The notes below the pieces were generated by a model that saw nothing but the letters and a program-made list of their open reading frames with translations, was not told where the DNA came from and did no database searches. This document shows positions 37,796 through 52,195 of a stretch of DNA of 64,000 bases, in pieces. The first letter of the stretch is position 1. Each line of letters begins with the position of its first letter. Made by a program: the position numbers and the translations under genes. This DNA comes from Podarcis gaigeae (Eukaryota). Location of the stretch: NCBI GenBank assembly GCA_964106915.2, contig OZ066914.1; one strand, written 5' to 3'.

Positions 37796-40700
37796 CCATA
37801 ATAATAAAAAAAGTTAGGTTAATGTTACATGAATAAAATAGTACCATCGTGTAACATTAACCTAACATTTTTTTAATTTATTCTTGTATTAATTTCATTA
37901 TATTAGCATGTGGTCTATTCCATTTTATCTCAGGTTCTCTTTTCATATACCTCTTTGAAACACTTGTTACATTCACAGTTTACATTCCTAGATGCATATT
38001 CTAAGAGATCCATGATTAGATCTCCAAGGTGGGTTTTTTCCTAATTCTTTTTTTAAAATGTTATAAACAGCCATGGGAGGTATTAAGTGTAACTACATCC
38101 CCACTGCTCCATATCACCATTTGGTTGCAGGGAAGGAACACTTGCCTTGCTACTTTCCTGCCTTCCACCCTATGAAGTTACCCTATGCTAATTTTATAAT
38201 AACCACTCTGCAAGTCCCTGCCTGAATTGTGAATACCATAAGGCAGTTAAGACATATTAAGAAACAATTCATCTACTGATCCTTCCAATTATATACTCTT
38301 AATACCTTCCTGTTCAAATGTAGCTTCAAAAGTCTACGCAATCGTGGCCACAACTAATACCTCCCCCCCCTCCTTACCCTTAAAACTCACACCGTTTCAG
38401 AAGCCTTCAGAGAGGACAAATAAACAACGTATACGTATTTGCTTTTCCAACCTAGATTACACTAGCCTCTTTGGGCTACAGGCTTTCAGTTCCCAGCTTG
38501 ACCTTTATTGCATTGAGGCAGACAAATTGAAAAGCCATCAAGGACTTTACTTGTTGTTTTTTGCTAAAAACTAAGTGTTTCCAAAGCCAGTCTAGCAGCT
38601 TTCACCAGTTCTGAAATTCACCACAAACATCAAGCTAATGTTTATCAAATCCCTGCCAGAACTGGATGGAACCAACGCCACAGATGAAGGGCATGAGAAG
38701 CTGGTTTGCTGTGGACCTTCAGTCCGGCCTTTGCTGCTGCTTCTTAGAGGCACAGCAGGGCTCACACATCTCTTACTTTACATTTTCTATGGGGCACAAT
38801 CTGAACTCAGTTTATAAACCAGCCACCACAGTCCTCTTAATGGAAATGGTGTAGTCTCCAGACAGGAAGAACCAAGGGCCCCCAAGCCCCTCACTGAACA
38901 ACAACAAAAAAGCCAACTGTCTTTTCTGCCTGCAGCTCCCAATTCCAGACTCCATTCTGGCTGGTAGGAAACGTTCCCAACTCTTTTGGCTGGCCTACTA
39001 GGACAAACGGGGCACTGCCCCACCAGCCTTCCAACTTCCAGACATGCCGAAGCAACATGTGCTTTATTTAGTATTAGCTACTGGTGATGTCAATCATCTT
39101 TTGAGTATCTTAAATACCTATTTTTACCTGTTTATCAATAATTTTCATGTTTTGTTTTATACTTTTGTAATTTGCTTTGAGGTTCTCCTACATTCATGGG
39201 GAACATAAATTTTGTGAAATAAAGAAACTGCTCTCGGCCAGATCCCACCAGCCTGCCCTGCCTGCCTTCATACTTACAACCAGCCCAGGGGGTGGGCACA
39301 ATGCTTGCCAGCTCCCTCCTGCTTAATCTCAGCATTACCTTTGAGGAACTCAACTGGAAAGAGGGGGGGGGGGATCAGAACTAGCTGTTTCTGCCTGCCC
39401 ACTGACTCTGCCTTCACCTTTTGTTGGCCCCTCTGCCTCCTCACTGCCAGTCCCAAGAGGCACCAGCCAACACTGCTTTTGAAGACATGTTTGGAATGAC
39501 TGGGAATGAGAACCTCACTATAGTCATTTAGCTAAACCTCCCCTTTAGCAGGCAAGGGCCAGGGCCCTGCTACAATCACCCCCTCCATCAGCCAGACATC
39601 CACCTTCTGCACTCTAAATCCATCCTGAATTCATACTTTATTAACTTGTGTTACGATGTAAATTACTACAGTGTGCATGTAACCAGGAAGGAAGATGGTT
39701 GTATACCACACTGCCAAAGGAAGCTGAGAATTGCATCACTGCCTGGCTTCCCCAGCTCTCTGACACGAGAGAGAATGTGCAGTAACTTTCTCATCCACGT
39801 CCCCATGTGGCAGCCAGGCAGATATTGGCATGTTGCCGCTTTGTAAAATGGTTGCCATGTTCGACTGCAGGGCCCTTTCATCTTAAGCATTTAAAGAAAT
39901 TCCTTTTTCTTTGATGATTATGGCCAGTTTTACTTTTCCATGCTTGCACAGTAGCAGCAGACAGACCTTTCCAGAGGCTTGTTTAGAGTCTCAAACAAAT
40001 ATTAGCACTGGAATTCAAACCAAATATTTCCACTGATCCTTCACTGGGCCAGTGTGAGGGAGCAGGAGGGGAGAGGAGAGGAGAAAGGCTGATAAATGGT
40101 GTGGGTTCATGGACTTATTGTAAGCGCAGGGGGACCCTTTGCTGGTACAAGGTTTTTTGAAGCAGATGCTTTTATCAGTGGGTTGTGATCTGTGACCATG
40201 GGGGCTTAAACCTTGATTATGTTCCTAAGACACTGCTGCCCAACCAAGAATAAATGCCTTTGTGGAATTTTTAGAATCCTTTTCATGTCACCTTTAAGCG
40301 CCACCCATGACACTACATCCACTGAGCTCTTCCTGACCTTTTGAGATACACTGAGCAGATTAGCAACCCACCCAGGATTACACCCCCGCAGAGACCGCTT
40401 GATTGCTGGAAAGTTACGCAGCATACCGGTTCTGCTTATCCATCTGTATACTTATCCATCTGTATACGATGCCTCATGCACATTCCTTCCTTTTAGTTAG
40501 CTCTGATCCCTTGCATCTAAATCCATCCCGTGAGAAGAGAATGCCATTGCTCCTTTCCCAGCAGGCTGTCAAAATCTGCAGATTTCAATCTCTCTGCTAC
40601 TTCGGAAGCAGCCAGCCAGATTAGATCTAACTTTACCCTTAAGAGCAGTGTGCAAGCTTTCCAGGACACAACCAGCTTGATCAGAGTTATTGGCAAGGAG

Positions 40701-43126
40701 CAGCGGAAACTCCAGTCCAGCCCCACCCCTTACTATTCCCACCTCAGCCAAGGATGACAGATGGCATCACTGTTCTCCTTTACTATGGTACACCAAGTCA
40801 AACCAACACCACAATGAAAATCTTTTTTCTTTTTGTCAAATGCTACTGGCACCACTGAAGAGACCTTTGTGCAGAAATGATAACTGCATTTCCAAAGATC
40901 CCTTAAGAACCTTTTTTAAAAAAAGAAAGAAGTCTGATGGGGTTGTTGCTTCTGTTGCTGATTTCACTGGAAGATTTGAATGGTCATTGCCTTCAATTTT
41001 ATACTCCCTACTTCTCAGGGGGATGCCAAATAGTCTGGCTTTGGAGCTAGATTTCTCCATTTCCCTGTGGTATGAGCTTCACATGGGACAATTTCAGCTT
41101 TTGCTATGCATCGCTAAACGATATCAGCAGAATGGAGAAGCCCCGGATTACATTTTTCTCTTTAGCAACCAAAATACTGAGGAAACTTACAGAAATGTAC
41201 AACCTACTGAAACACTAAAGAACATCTTATCCTTTTATTTGGAAGGAATTTTAGTCCACATCACATTTAACTAAAAGGCCTTGCAATATGTGCTTTGGCT
41301 CACTAAGTTGAAGCATCTGGATAATTTTACACCGTCTACATAAGACGCCTCAGTCACCCTGGCACTAAGCTTGTGGCACACTATGGTCTGGATTATGCAA
41401 GAAGTGGTGGGTGAGCATTCCTGCCTTAAGGCAGGAAGGTGAACTGCAAGATGCTCTGGTACCTGTTAACCATAAGATCCTGTCTCAAACAAGTGATCCA
41501 TAATAATTATTTTGCAGAGGCTGAGAGCTGCAACTACCCTTAAATTAGAAAGCAGAAAAATTCTTAGTTGAGGTGAAAGTTGCATCTGTCAGACCAGTCT
41601 ATGAACATTACCCCATAACAACATGAGTTCAAAGGCACAACAGACATGGAATGTGACATTTTCCAGGGGACTTCCCTAGATCCAGTATATTCAAAGGGAT
41701 CTCTCTTTTTAAAAACCAACTCACTTTGGTTAGCATATTCACAAAATCTCACTTTGGTACTTTGCCCATTTAGCTCTGTTAGCAAATTGCAGCTTTTACT
41801 GCTGTGTGCATTGTGATCTACCATGACCTACAAGAAGCAAGTTCCATGTATATGTGACACATGTACAAAATCAAGGATGGCGCTTTTTGAATGCATCATC
41901 TCCAATCTACCTCTTCAGTTACATAACAATGGAGAAAATTATGAATGGCACAAAGGTGTTCTCAAGAAGCAGGTCAACAGAGCTACCCCTTTGGGCCCTT
42001 GGACAAGTCTAGCTTATTTTTAATAATCACTGAACTTCATTGCAACAACTTCTAAAAGGCTTTGTTAGAATGTTCTAAACTATTTGTATATTGTTCAACA
42101 CTATACTTGCAGTCAGCAGTTTTATACAATCTGTGCCCAGTGCAAGTCTGCACATCCTCATTTTTTACATAGCGGGGGCACTTCTGGGCCTAGGATCCCC
42201 AGTTTGGGTTGGGGAGTGCAATGGCCCTGAACAATTCTATCAATAAACAAGTATATTCAAAATACTGAATTAGGATTAAGCAGTGCTAAATCCAAGTCCA
42301 CCAGCTTAACTTGTTTGCGATCTGGTTGTCAGTCCGTTTAACACATGTATCACCCCATACCTGCCAGGGAAAGATAATAACATTAGATCTCACTATCAAG
42401 ATCACCCATTTTATCATGAAATAATTTGGCTCTTAAGTTCTCATGCACAGCAAATGCCTCCCTAATTAAAAGCAAACACAACACACCTTCCGCTTTACCT
42501 ATTACTGTTGGAGACAAGCTGTGCAATTGTCAGGTCTCCACAGTGCGTTGTGAACAACCTACATCTGTGTGTGTATGTTGGGGATTGTGGATGTTTCTGT
42601 GCAAAGCAGCGTAGTAATGGGAGCATGCTCACGCTTGCAGACTGGTAATACACTGGGTGTGACTGTTGATTCAATGAGGCTTGTCTGCTAGGCTCTTTTA
42701 ATGGCACAGCTGGTATTTTTGTGAGGCAGCTGCTTGCAAAAGCCAAATGAGCTCATCAGGAGTCACCCAAAGACTCTGTGTGAAGAACGGATCCCCAGAG
42801 CAGTCTCACAGTGGAGGCCCATTCCCATCTGCAGAGGACGAACACTAGGAATAAAGGAAGGGAAGCATCCAATTCATAACTGCGCAGCTGGGCAAGAAAG
42901 GCAAATTGTATGATCAATACAATACTAAGAGACTAAGGATCTGCCCCACCTTCCACATCCTACACTTGAGGGCAGGATTACAACAGTCACACCAGGGATT
43001 ACCTCCAACCTCAGAGATTGTCTTTATTATCCATCATACTGTTATTGCCCATTAATCATCTCTTCCTCCTTGCACTGTTCTGGCTCATCTCTGAGCTAAA
43101 CATATACTATATGCTTGTGTGTTGCA

Positions 43127-43130
<4 letters not shown>

Positions 43131-43173
<43 letters not shown>
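43131..43173. repeat. (AG)n microsatellite
   Basis: Tandem dinucleotide read directly from the sequence. Confidence 0.95.
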
Positions 43174-43177
<4 letters not shown>

Positions 43178-44394
43178 CACAGGTTTCAGGATCTCTCTTT
43201 TCAGATGTATGTTCATTTCTAGAGCTTACGACGGCAACTGATTTTCCACTGTACAGGGCATGGATGAAAGTCCAGATAGCTCAGTGCCCTTTACTGTAAC
43301 TTCCAGCACTGCCACAATCACTCTTCAGCAGACACCTTTCACTTCTTGCCTGTTACGTCTTTGTGTCTTTGCAAAGAACCAAGGAATTAAAATAAAATGA
43401 AGGCTCGTGTTTTGCATTCCCCCCCCACCCGTGACCTGTTCTTGTTAGTCTTGCCATGTTTTATTATTTATGTTTGTATGCAGAAATTATAATAATTGCT
43501 TTGTGAAGGTTTTTCACCGATTCTGTAACAGATAATTAATAAAAATCTAAAATAAAATAATGGTCAATAATAGGATGGCCCACTATTTCTCAGTTGACCA
43601 CGGCATAAGCAACAGCGCATAGCTCAGGCCGTGCTGTACCAAATGAGAGTTATGGGAGAAGAGGCCCCCCCCCCAAGTATCAAATCACATTATCGCATAA
43701 GAAGTTCTGAAACACAGCACTGCCTAGGGTGGTTTCATAGAGCTCATTATTCCATTCTGAGTCCTCGGTACCCATGAGTGAGGGAGGGAAAGGAATGGGG
43801 TGAGGAGGGGATAAGGAGCTGAATAGAAAAGTATGATGGAGCAGAGAGTTTGAAATTAAAGGGCAGCAGAGGCCAAAATGTCATTCCTGCAGCTGTAGCA
43901 GCCGCCGCCACCAGCCTGTCTGGAATTCCAGTGCCAGCTCCCCTACACACACACTTACATATGTACAAGCACACACACATACACACTCCTACTAGCTAGC
44001 TGCATCGGGAGTTATTGTTTTTGCCAAGTTAACATTTCTGAATCCAGTTCCTACTTGGAGATTTGGTGCTCGTACTGTGTTTGCCTATGCAAATCACACT
44101 GTGGAAGAGGAAAAGGGTTTATAAACCATATAATGGAAGGGGTTCCGTACTGCATTTGTACACAAAAGCCAATTACATTGCACTGAGAGCTGAATCTACA
44201 TCCTGGGAAGGAGAAAGAAGATCTGTGTCTCTTGAGAAGTCCAGGGACTTTCATGGGCTGCTCACTGAGAGAGAAAAAAGACATTTAACTAGGAGATTCT
44301 ATGTTGTCAAACACACCTTTGTTAACCTAGGCGTTCTCCTTTGTACGCAAGAAGGACCTTGCAAGGAAATGCAACACAGCTATTAATGTAAGAG

Positions 44395-45176
44395 CACAAG
44401 GGCCTGCTAGATCAGGGCAAAGACGAATCTGGTTCAGCATCACAGTGGCCAACCAGATGCCTAGGGGAAGCCTGAAAGCACAACCTGAGCACAACCGCAT
44501 CCTCATGAATTCAAGCAACTGGAATTCAGGGGCATGCTGCCTCCAACAGTGGACAATGTGGCTAGTAGCCACTGGTAGCCTTATCCTTCATGAATTTCTC
44601 TCTCTCCTAAAGCCATCCAAGTTGGTAGCCATCATTGCTTCCTGTGAGAACGAATTCCATAGTTATCTATGAGTGTGGGAAGAAGTACTTTTGGGGGTCT
44701 GTCCCGAATCTTCCAACATACGGCTTCACTGGATGTCCAAGAGTCGCGGTATTATGAGAGAGCAAGAAGAGCTTCCTCTGGCCACGCTCTCCCCAAGATG
44801 CGTAATTTTACTTGCCTTTTCTCAAAACTGAAAAGCTCCTTATGTTGTAGCCTTTCCTCATGGGGGAGTTACTCTGTTTCCTTTATCATTTTGGTTGCCC
44901 CTTTTGGAATGCTTTTCCAGCTCTACAATATCCTTTCTGAGGTGAGGCAAATACACAGCATTCCAAAGACAGACGCACCATAGATTTGTATAATGGCATT
45001 AGGATGTTGGAAGTTTTATTTTCAGTTGCTTTCCTAATGATCCCCACCATGGGATTTATACTTTCCACAACTGCCACACATGGGATCGACATCTTCACTG
45101 AGCAGTCCACTACCTGCCTAAGCTCTCATTCCTGATCAGTCAACTCCAGTTCAGACCCCATGAGCATATATGTAAA

Positions 45177-45221
<45 letters not shown>

Positions 45222-45320
45222 GTTGTTGTTATTATTACCCCCTTGTGCATCCTTCCGCGCTTGTTTACAGTGAATTCCACTGGCCATTTTACTGCCCATT
45301 CCACCAAGGGTTCATCCACA
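44395..45320 (-). mobile_element. Degraded CR1 LINE 3' fragment
   Basis: MPLYKSMVRLSLECCV resembles the CR1 motif LPLYKALVRPHLEYCV; frameshifted; boundaries approximate. Confidence 0.7.
45177..45237. repeat. (TTA)n/(TTG)n microsatellite
   Basis: Tandem trinucleotide read directly from the sequence. Confidence 0.95.
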
Positions 45321-48300
45321 CTTCCGCTTGCCCCATGCTTTCTAGGCATGGGTCCAAACAGCCTTTCATTTCTCCCATTGCTTTCCCCAGAAAAACCCAC
45401 TACTATCACAAACATCAATCTCCCGACATCAATCAATGGGCATTTGCTCCGATTCAGTGGTAAACAGCAGGTTTTCCCAGGGGAAAACAGCGGGACAAGC
45501 GGAAAAGTGTGGACAACCCCTAATTTAGGAGACATCCCTTTGGAGCTCTTCACAGTAACTTTTTACTTTAACCATCCTCAGCTATTTGGAATCCGCTACA
45601 TCTATTATTGTTTATTGGCTGCTATATGTATTAATGGCATATCACTTGCTCTTCAACTGGTGGGTTGGGGCCCACTAGTGCGTTGCTACCTGAACCTAGG
45701 TGGGTTGCAACAGAAACACAACCACTATGCAAATATATGGTAAAAGATCAAGAAATAGGTCCCCAAATGAAAATTTGGGTTAAAAGTGGGTCCTGGGTCT
45801 GAAAAGATTGAATATAAATAGATTATATTCTAGTCATTTGGGAAGGAATCCCATAGCAAGATGAGGTGGTGAGGATCCAGTGGATATCTGGCTGTGCAAG
45901 GAAGCAAGGAAGTTCCGAACACAGCCAGGCTACACCAGCTTAACTTCTTCATCCTCAGCTATATTTCCCCCATCTCATCTCAGCCAGGGCCCAGTGGAGT
46001 TTAATCTGGCATATGCTCTGAAAAAGGGGTGCTCTGGGGGCAGGGCATGGGCAGAACCATAAAGGGGAAAGTTAGGCTGGATCCTAAGCCTGTTCAGATC
46101 GGTCACATGACCTGGTAATGTGATGTACCTGGTAAAGCTAAAAAGGGTGCTGTAATTCAAGCACTATTTTAAAGGCTCGTTTCGCCTCTGCCAGCCTTAG
46201 GCCACCTCATTCAGCAGTAGCCCCACTGCTGAACCGTTTCAATCTGATGTAGCTGTACTCTGTCTTCACTTACACCAGCATGCTTTTTAGCAGCTTCTTG
46301 TGTATTGGATTGCTCTCTTATGGGTATGTGACTTGGTTAGTTCACTCGGTATCTGAATATTATGTTTTCTATTCACATCCGAACCCAATACCCTTGCTGC
46401 TGCACCATGTTACATCAAAATAGCCTACTGCCATTTACCACCATTGCAAATGTAGCCATTGCGAAACAAAGGCAAATTATGGTTTATCTGTCAACATGGC
46501 CAAGCACATAATGACATTCTCTGTCATTACCCTTCTCAGGCTGGGTTATCAGGGACAAGTTCTGCCCTGTTTCAACAAGAAAACCCAATGATGTGGGCAG
46601 AAGTTTTTTAACATTATTGTGAACAACCAAGGCAACCACATCTCTCCAGGAATGTACAAAAGGAGCCCGGGATACTTTTAATTTTCAGTGCTTGACATAA
46701 ACCTGATTGAAGCTGTACCGTGTGGCAGAATGCCTCTGTGGCTGTGTGACAGTTTGCACAGTGCATGTCAACACCACAAGCTGGGAAAGGCCTTCCCTGC
46801 TGGAGACACATCCACTAAACATGAATTCACTGGCTCCTTATCTGTTACAACAGCATATCTGTGAAAAGGCAAGTGTAAAGTAGGCCTGGGCCACAGGTTG
46901 CAATAATACAGTACCGGTGAAACAAGAATTCTGGGTTGCCTCTTTCTCTTTGGATAATAATAACCAATTCCTATGACTAAACATGCTGGATGGAAGCTTG
47001 AAGTTAAGAGCCAAGCTATAAATGTCAAAGAATGCCCTGCCAGTTGAGAATTCACATTATGTTAGCTTTAGGCACACAGGAAGGTGCTTTAAATGGAAGA
47101 GCATTTAAACAAATTATCCCCTTATTTGCAGCCTGAAATGACATGGCCCAAATAATGATGTTACCATGTGATATTTCAGAATGCATAGTTTTCCTTTGAG
47201 CCTTTGAAGTAGGACTTAATTCCACATGCATGTGTTTACATTCATTGCATTACTTCCCTCCAAGTTTTAGCATTCTCAGTGCATTTATGCAGCTCAAAAC
47301 CCTCCAAGGTTGAAATTCACACATTGAGGTCGTACATGATGTTAGTGGGTTGGTTGACAATCAACACATTTCAAAACAACTGCACCTAAAAGCAGGGCCT
47401 CTCAGTCCCGTAGACCACAAGTGGTTAAAAAAAACCATGGCGGGTTTTCTGGCTACTTTCTCACATTTTGAAATAAAGTTTTGTTGCAACCCTGAGATAA
47501 CCGATTGAGATAATATTTTAAACTATTTTTAGAATTTTTTATCATTGCTGCCTCAACCAAACATGGTTGCTGCAGGAGGAAGGGCAGGGTATAAAAGGAG
47601 CAATAACGATAATGATAACAAGGGCAAAGCAGGAAGAGAAGCCCACAGGAACAGAACCTAAAGGAAAAATCTGCATACTACTACCCACAAGGACACAATC
47701 AGGCACCATATTGAGGGATGTCCCAAATTATTTCAATGAAACGCTGTAAAAAAAACAACCACAGTATTTGAGATGTTAGTCTCAGAGAATAAAGGCAAAA
47801 AAGGACTTCTCTTATTAGACTAATGATATGTGTAAGAAAGAACTCAAAAACCACACAGACCTCTATTGGTTCAGTGATAGATATTGCTTTCCCTATGTAT
47901 AGGTCCTCAAAAATCTCCCAATACTGAGAGGTCGTCCCCCCACTTTTACTATGCAACAGGGGTTGGGAACCTGTAGCCCTCCATATCCTGTTGGACTCCA
48001 GCTCCGATCATCCCTCATGCTGGTGACAACTAGTGGGAGTTGTGGCCCTATATATGCTGCTGGGCTACAGGTTCCCCACCTGCTACTACACAATCATGTT
48101 TTAAAATTTCTGAAAAGCCAGATTTAAATAATTTACAATGGGAGTTGCCCAAGCTAAGCAGGCAGACACCCCCCCCCCACAGAGGGAGGAGGGGCAGGAG
48201 GGAAGCAAGGCAGGAGTCAGGTGAGGGGTGAGACTACAGGCCAGTGTGTTTTAGGGAAACGATTATATGCACATGTCTGCACTGATCTCCTGACATAACA

Positions 48301-48899
48301 ACATTCCTGAACAGCAGGAGATGGAGAGCTACAGTTTTCGCTCTAATAGCCCCCTGGGGTCACTGGCCAGCCTCGAATTCCCTCCTATTCCAAAGCCATT
48401 CACATTATCTTCAGGTTCACACACGGCCATCAGGTTTCTCCTGGAGTGGGGGCACGAACAGTTTAAGCCTCAAACCCAATTATTTCCCATTTGCGGTTAA
48501 AAACTCACCACTCCCGGTGGCTGAGGGCACATACACACCATTAGGCCACATTATTTCTGGCGAATTGCTCCAAAATTCCTCAGATTCTCCAGTCCCGCCT
48601 TTCCAGTCCATTATTCCACCCACGAGAATTCGCTTGGAGGGGTCGGAAAATTCACCTCAGTTGTGCAACCGAAGAGTAACTAAAAGCGATTTAAACGGCA
48701 ACCTTTCCCTATCTACTTTCCTGAAAGTAAACCGTCGGAGCTCAACGGGTCTTACTTCTGAGCCAGGCACGTATGGGATGGAAAACTATAGTGCCTCAAG
48801 GGACCTTAAGGAAAGGGGAAAAGCAAACATCCGCGATTTCCTTGTGTGGTACTTTAGGGAGGAGGATGCATACGGACTTGCCTAATTCAAAAGGCGCAT

Positions 48900-49990
48900 C
48901 AAGAAAGGCGCAATTGCGCCCGCGCGCGCGTTTCCCGAACTCAGCAGGATCCCAAGAGCCGTCTACAGAACTCCCGGGTGTGGGTGAGAGAGAAATAACT
49001 CTTATTTACAGACGGCCGTGCGAGAGCAGCAAAAGTAGGTCCACGCCTCCCTTAACAACTCGGGAAGCGCGCGATTATATGTAGCAGCACAAACCAATTT
49101 CCGCGTGGGCGGGCAAAGCTTTTTAGAGGATAAGCCATTCCGAATAATCCCTGGGGAGGTGGGAACCCCGACGGCAGGGAGGCACCTGCGCCCGGATGAG
49201 CACACCCGTCCGGGGACGGGGCCGTGTCTAGGGGAACGGCGAGCGAGAGACAAGGGACTGAAGGAGAGTCATCAAATTCCAGTCCGGAGAATGCACACGA
49301 TCCTTAATCCTGTCTCCGGTGCAAAAGAGAGACTCGAGAACCCCCGTCCCATAGGGGTTTGGATCCAGAGCCACTTAATGCAGGCAGCGATTCCCGGCAC
49401 CCCCCCGCCCCCAAGAAAAAAAAAATCCACCAAGAGTTTAGTCACCCGATATTTTTATAAAAAAAACACAAAAAACTAACCCGGGTTCCGTAAAGCCGTG
49501 CAAGCCGCTCCGGCGCTCAGCAGTTCGAGATCCACGCGACGAAAGACTCCGCTGAGATTAGAGCTGGCTAGGCAGGAAGCTCCCCGCCGAAGGAGGCTTT
49601 TAGGGAAAGAAGGGGGAAAGAAAGAGCGGGCGGGTCACCAACGCTCCGGGTAGGTGGAGACTCCGGAGCCGCAAGGAGGGGCCGCGGTCGGAGGAAGCGA
49701 AGCGGCTCTTCCCTCTTCCTAGTAATTATTAACCCAGAGCTACCTGGGCCGCCGCCGCCACGCGCAGTTTCTCCTCTCCCGGGGAGGGCGCGCCACTAGG
49801 CCGGGCGGAGCGAGTCGGAGTTGCTGAGCTATAGCTCGGGGCAATGGCACCGCCCCGAAACTCCCGCCTGCCTTGCCTTTGCCCTCCCCGTGCCAGATTT
49901 AGGACAAGGTGGTGGAGGGGGGAGACGCTCCCTTGGCCTGACCCTGTCGGTATCGGACTCGGAGGCACCTGCTAACGATCGCCTCCATAT
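48900..49990 (-). promoter_or_regulatory. CpG island; probable PLEKHG3 promoter and non-coding first exon
   Basis: High GC and CpG density against a CpG-poor background; GC boxes; candidate donor CAG|gtagct after 49744 on the minus strand. Confidence 0.7.
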
Positions 49991-50959
49991 GGAACGCCAC
50001 ACCAAAAAAGGGGGACAAAGGTGATGTTTTTATATTGGGCCAAGCTTCCGTTAGTATAACAGTAGTACAGAAACTGCCGGGGTGTAGTAAACTAGCCGTA
50101 ACGAACCATATATCAAACGTTATAATTTGTGGATTGAATCCAGACTACGAATTTTTAACCATTATATGGGTTAATTGGCTTACCAATTACAGGACGCCTG
50201 TGTTGTCAACAACTGTTTTGTGAGTTACCACAGCTAATTGCATGATTGCACTCTTCTGCATTTGCATTTGCTTTCACTCTAAACTCAGGGTGTATAATTA
50301 CCCCCCTTCAAACCATGTTGTACATATGTAACATTTCATGCATCTGGTTCAATGGATGGGGAGTCTTTGAAAACATATGCTGTAATAAATTTCTTAGTCT
50401 TTTAGGTGGCTAGAAAAAATCCTTGTTTTTGCTGCAAGAGACTTCGTGCGATGAACAATTGTCCATAAAAGCTGGTTCTAGAAGAAATTTGTCAGACTTC
50501 ACCTGTGCTGTCAATAATGGCAACACTGTAGATGGGCAGGGCTTTGAGTGAGGATAATAATGTGCTTGATCTTATGTCTGATCTGTATGTTATGGTTCTA
50601 GGTCTGTGGCTGGATATAGACTCTGTACATTCACTTGAATAAAGTATGTTTTTAAATAATTCTTCATTTAAAAATAAAAAGGAAACAGGATTTTAAAGTA
50701 AATCCCATTAGAATCCGTGGGACTTTTTCCAGCCAAGCATTCTTAGGATTGGGCTGGATAATGTTATGTTTCAACAAGCATTTCCAAACTACAGTAATGT
50801 CACATAGACAAAGCAAACTGCTTTAGAAAACCTGTCACTTTTTATTTGACCATTTATACAATTTCAGCTAAGAGTGCTGAGTTAACCACTTCAATAGAAG
50901 ACCAGACTATTGATCTTGTAGTATTTATTTTAATTACAGCTGCCAGTTGCCACTTCACT

Positions 50960-52195
50960 CATTCACATCCATCTTTTGTTGTGTTTGGCACAAAACTCAG
51001 AGATGCCATGCCTGTCAAACAACGGATTCCACAGCTATGGAAGAAACGGAAAACTAAACCTATAACCAATGCTTATAAATGCTTAATGGATTTTGGTAAG
51101 GCAGAAATTCAGGAACTTAGAGAAGTGTGGAACAGTGAATTAGAAGATATTACACAGCCTAAACAATAGAATATTGATTTAGAGTCTATACAGAGTATTT
51201 CCTTGGATCTGAGATTGATTCAGGAAAAATTAATATTTTGAGTATATTGGACTCCACAACTTCTGTATAAGATTGTACTGTCTACTCCATATAACGTTGT
51301 TGTAATGCTGAAAATGCCTCTTTAAGGCATATGATGTGATCTTATCCAGTGGTCTGAAGTTGTTAAAAGGTAAAAGTAAAGGACCCCTGACAGTTAAGTC
51401 CAGTCGCAAATGACTCTGGGGTTGCGACACACATCACGCTTTACTGGCCGAGGGAGCCGACGTTTGTCTGCAGACAGTTTTTCCGGGTCATGTGGCCAGC
51501 ATGACTAAGCCGCTTCTCCAGAGCAGTGCACGGAAACGCCATTTACCTTCCCGCCGGAGCGGTACCTATTTACCTACTTGCACTTTGACGTGCTTTCGAA
51601 CTGCTAGGTTGGCAAGAGCTGGGACTGAGTGATGGGAGCTCACCCCATCACGGGGATTCGAACTGCCAACCTTTCAATTGGAAAGTTGTTACTCGCCTCA
51701 ATTTTGTATTGGCAAAATCCTTTATATTTGCAGACATTTACAGTATATACTTTTTAGTTATGTCCCTATAATATGAGGTTTAATGGATGGACAAAAGTAG
51801 GTTTTGCAAGCCTTTATGGTGGTTAAGAGACTTATATTTCAAGCCTGGAAGGATAAACACCTACTGCCAAATACACAATGGTCTGAGGACCTCACTGCCC
51901 AGCTACATGAACATATTTCATATAGGCATCAGTTTCAGTTTTGGACATCTGGAGGGCTTATATTGATGTATACGTTTAATTTAAGATTTATTTATTGATG
52001 GTCACTGTATCCATAATGTGAACTGATGGTGGTTTCTGTTACTGTTACTACTATTAATAACAATAATAATAACAATAATTTGTTATCATGTTGGTGTTTT
52101 GTGTTCTCTTTCCTCTTTAATTTTATTTCCTCTTTTTCCATTTCTTTTTCCTTGTAAAATCTGCAAATTAAAATAAAGAAAGAAAGAAAGAAATG
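50960..52195 (+). mobile_element. Degraded L1-like 3' fragment with A-rich tail, interrupted by a SINE
   Basis: AFMVVKRLIFQAWKD...W and AYKCLMDF...WNSELE fragments; ends in aaataaa(gaaa)n. Confidence 0.55.
51365..51680 (-). mobile_element. Sauria SINE, 5'-truncated, inserted in an L1-like fragment
   Basis: Clear similarity to the 60276-60637 copy (ggaaacgcc.tttaccttcccgc, gctttcgaactgctaggttggca, ggattcgaac). Confidence 0.85.

Noticed and set aside
40690-41274. 194-aa plus-strand ORF in the PLEKHG3 first intron
   Set aside because: Non-ATG start, no recognisable domain and no splice support; consistent with a chance ORF.
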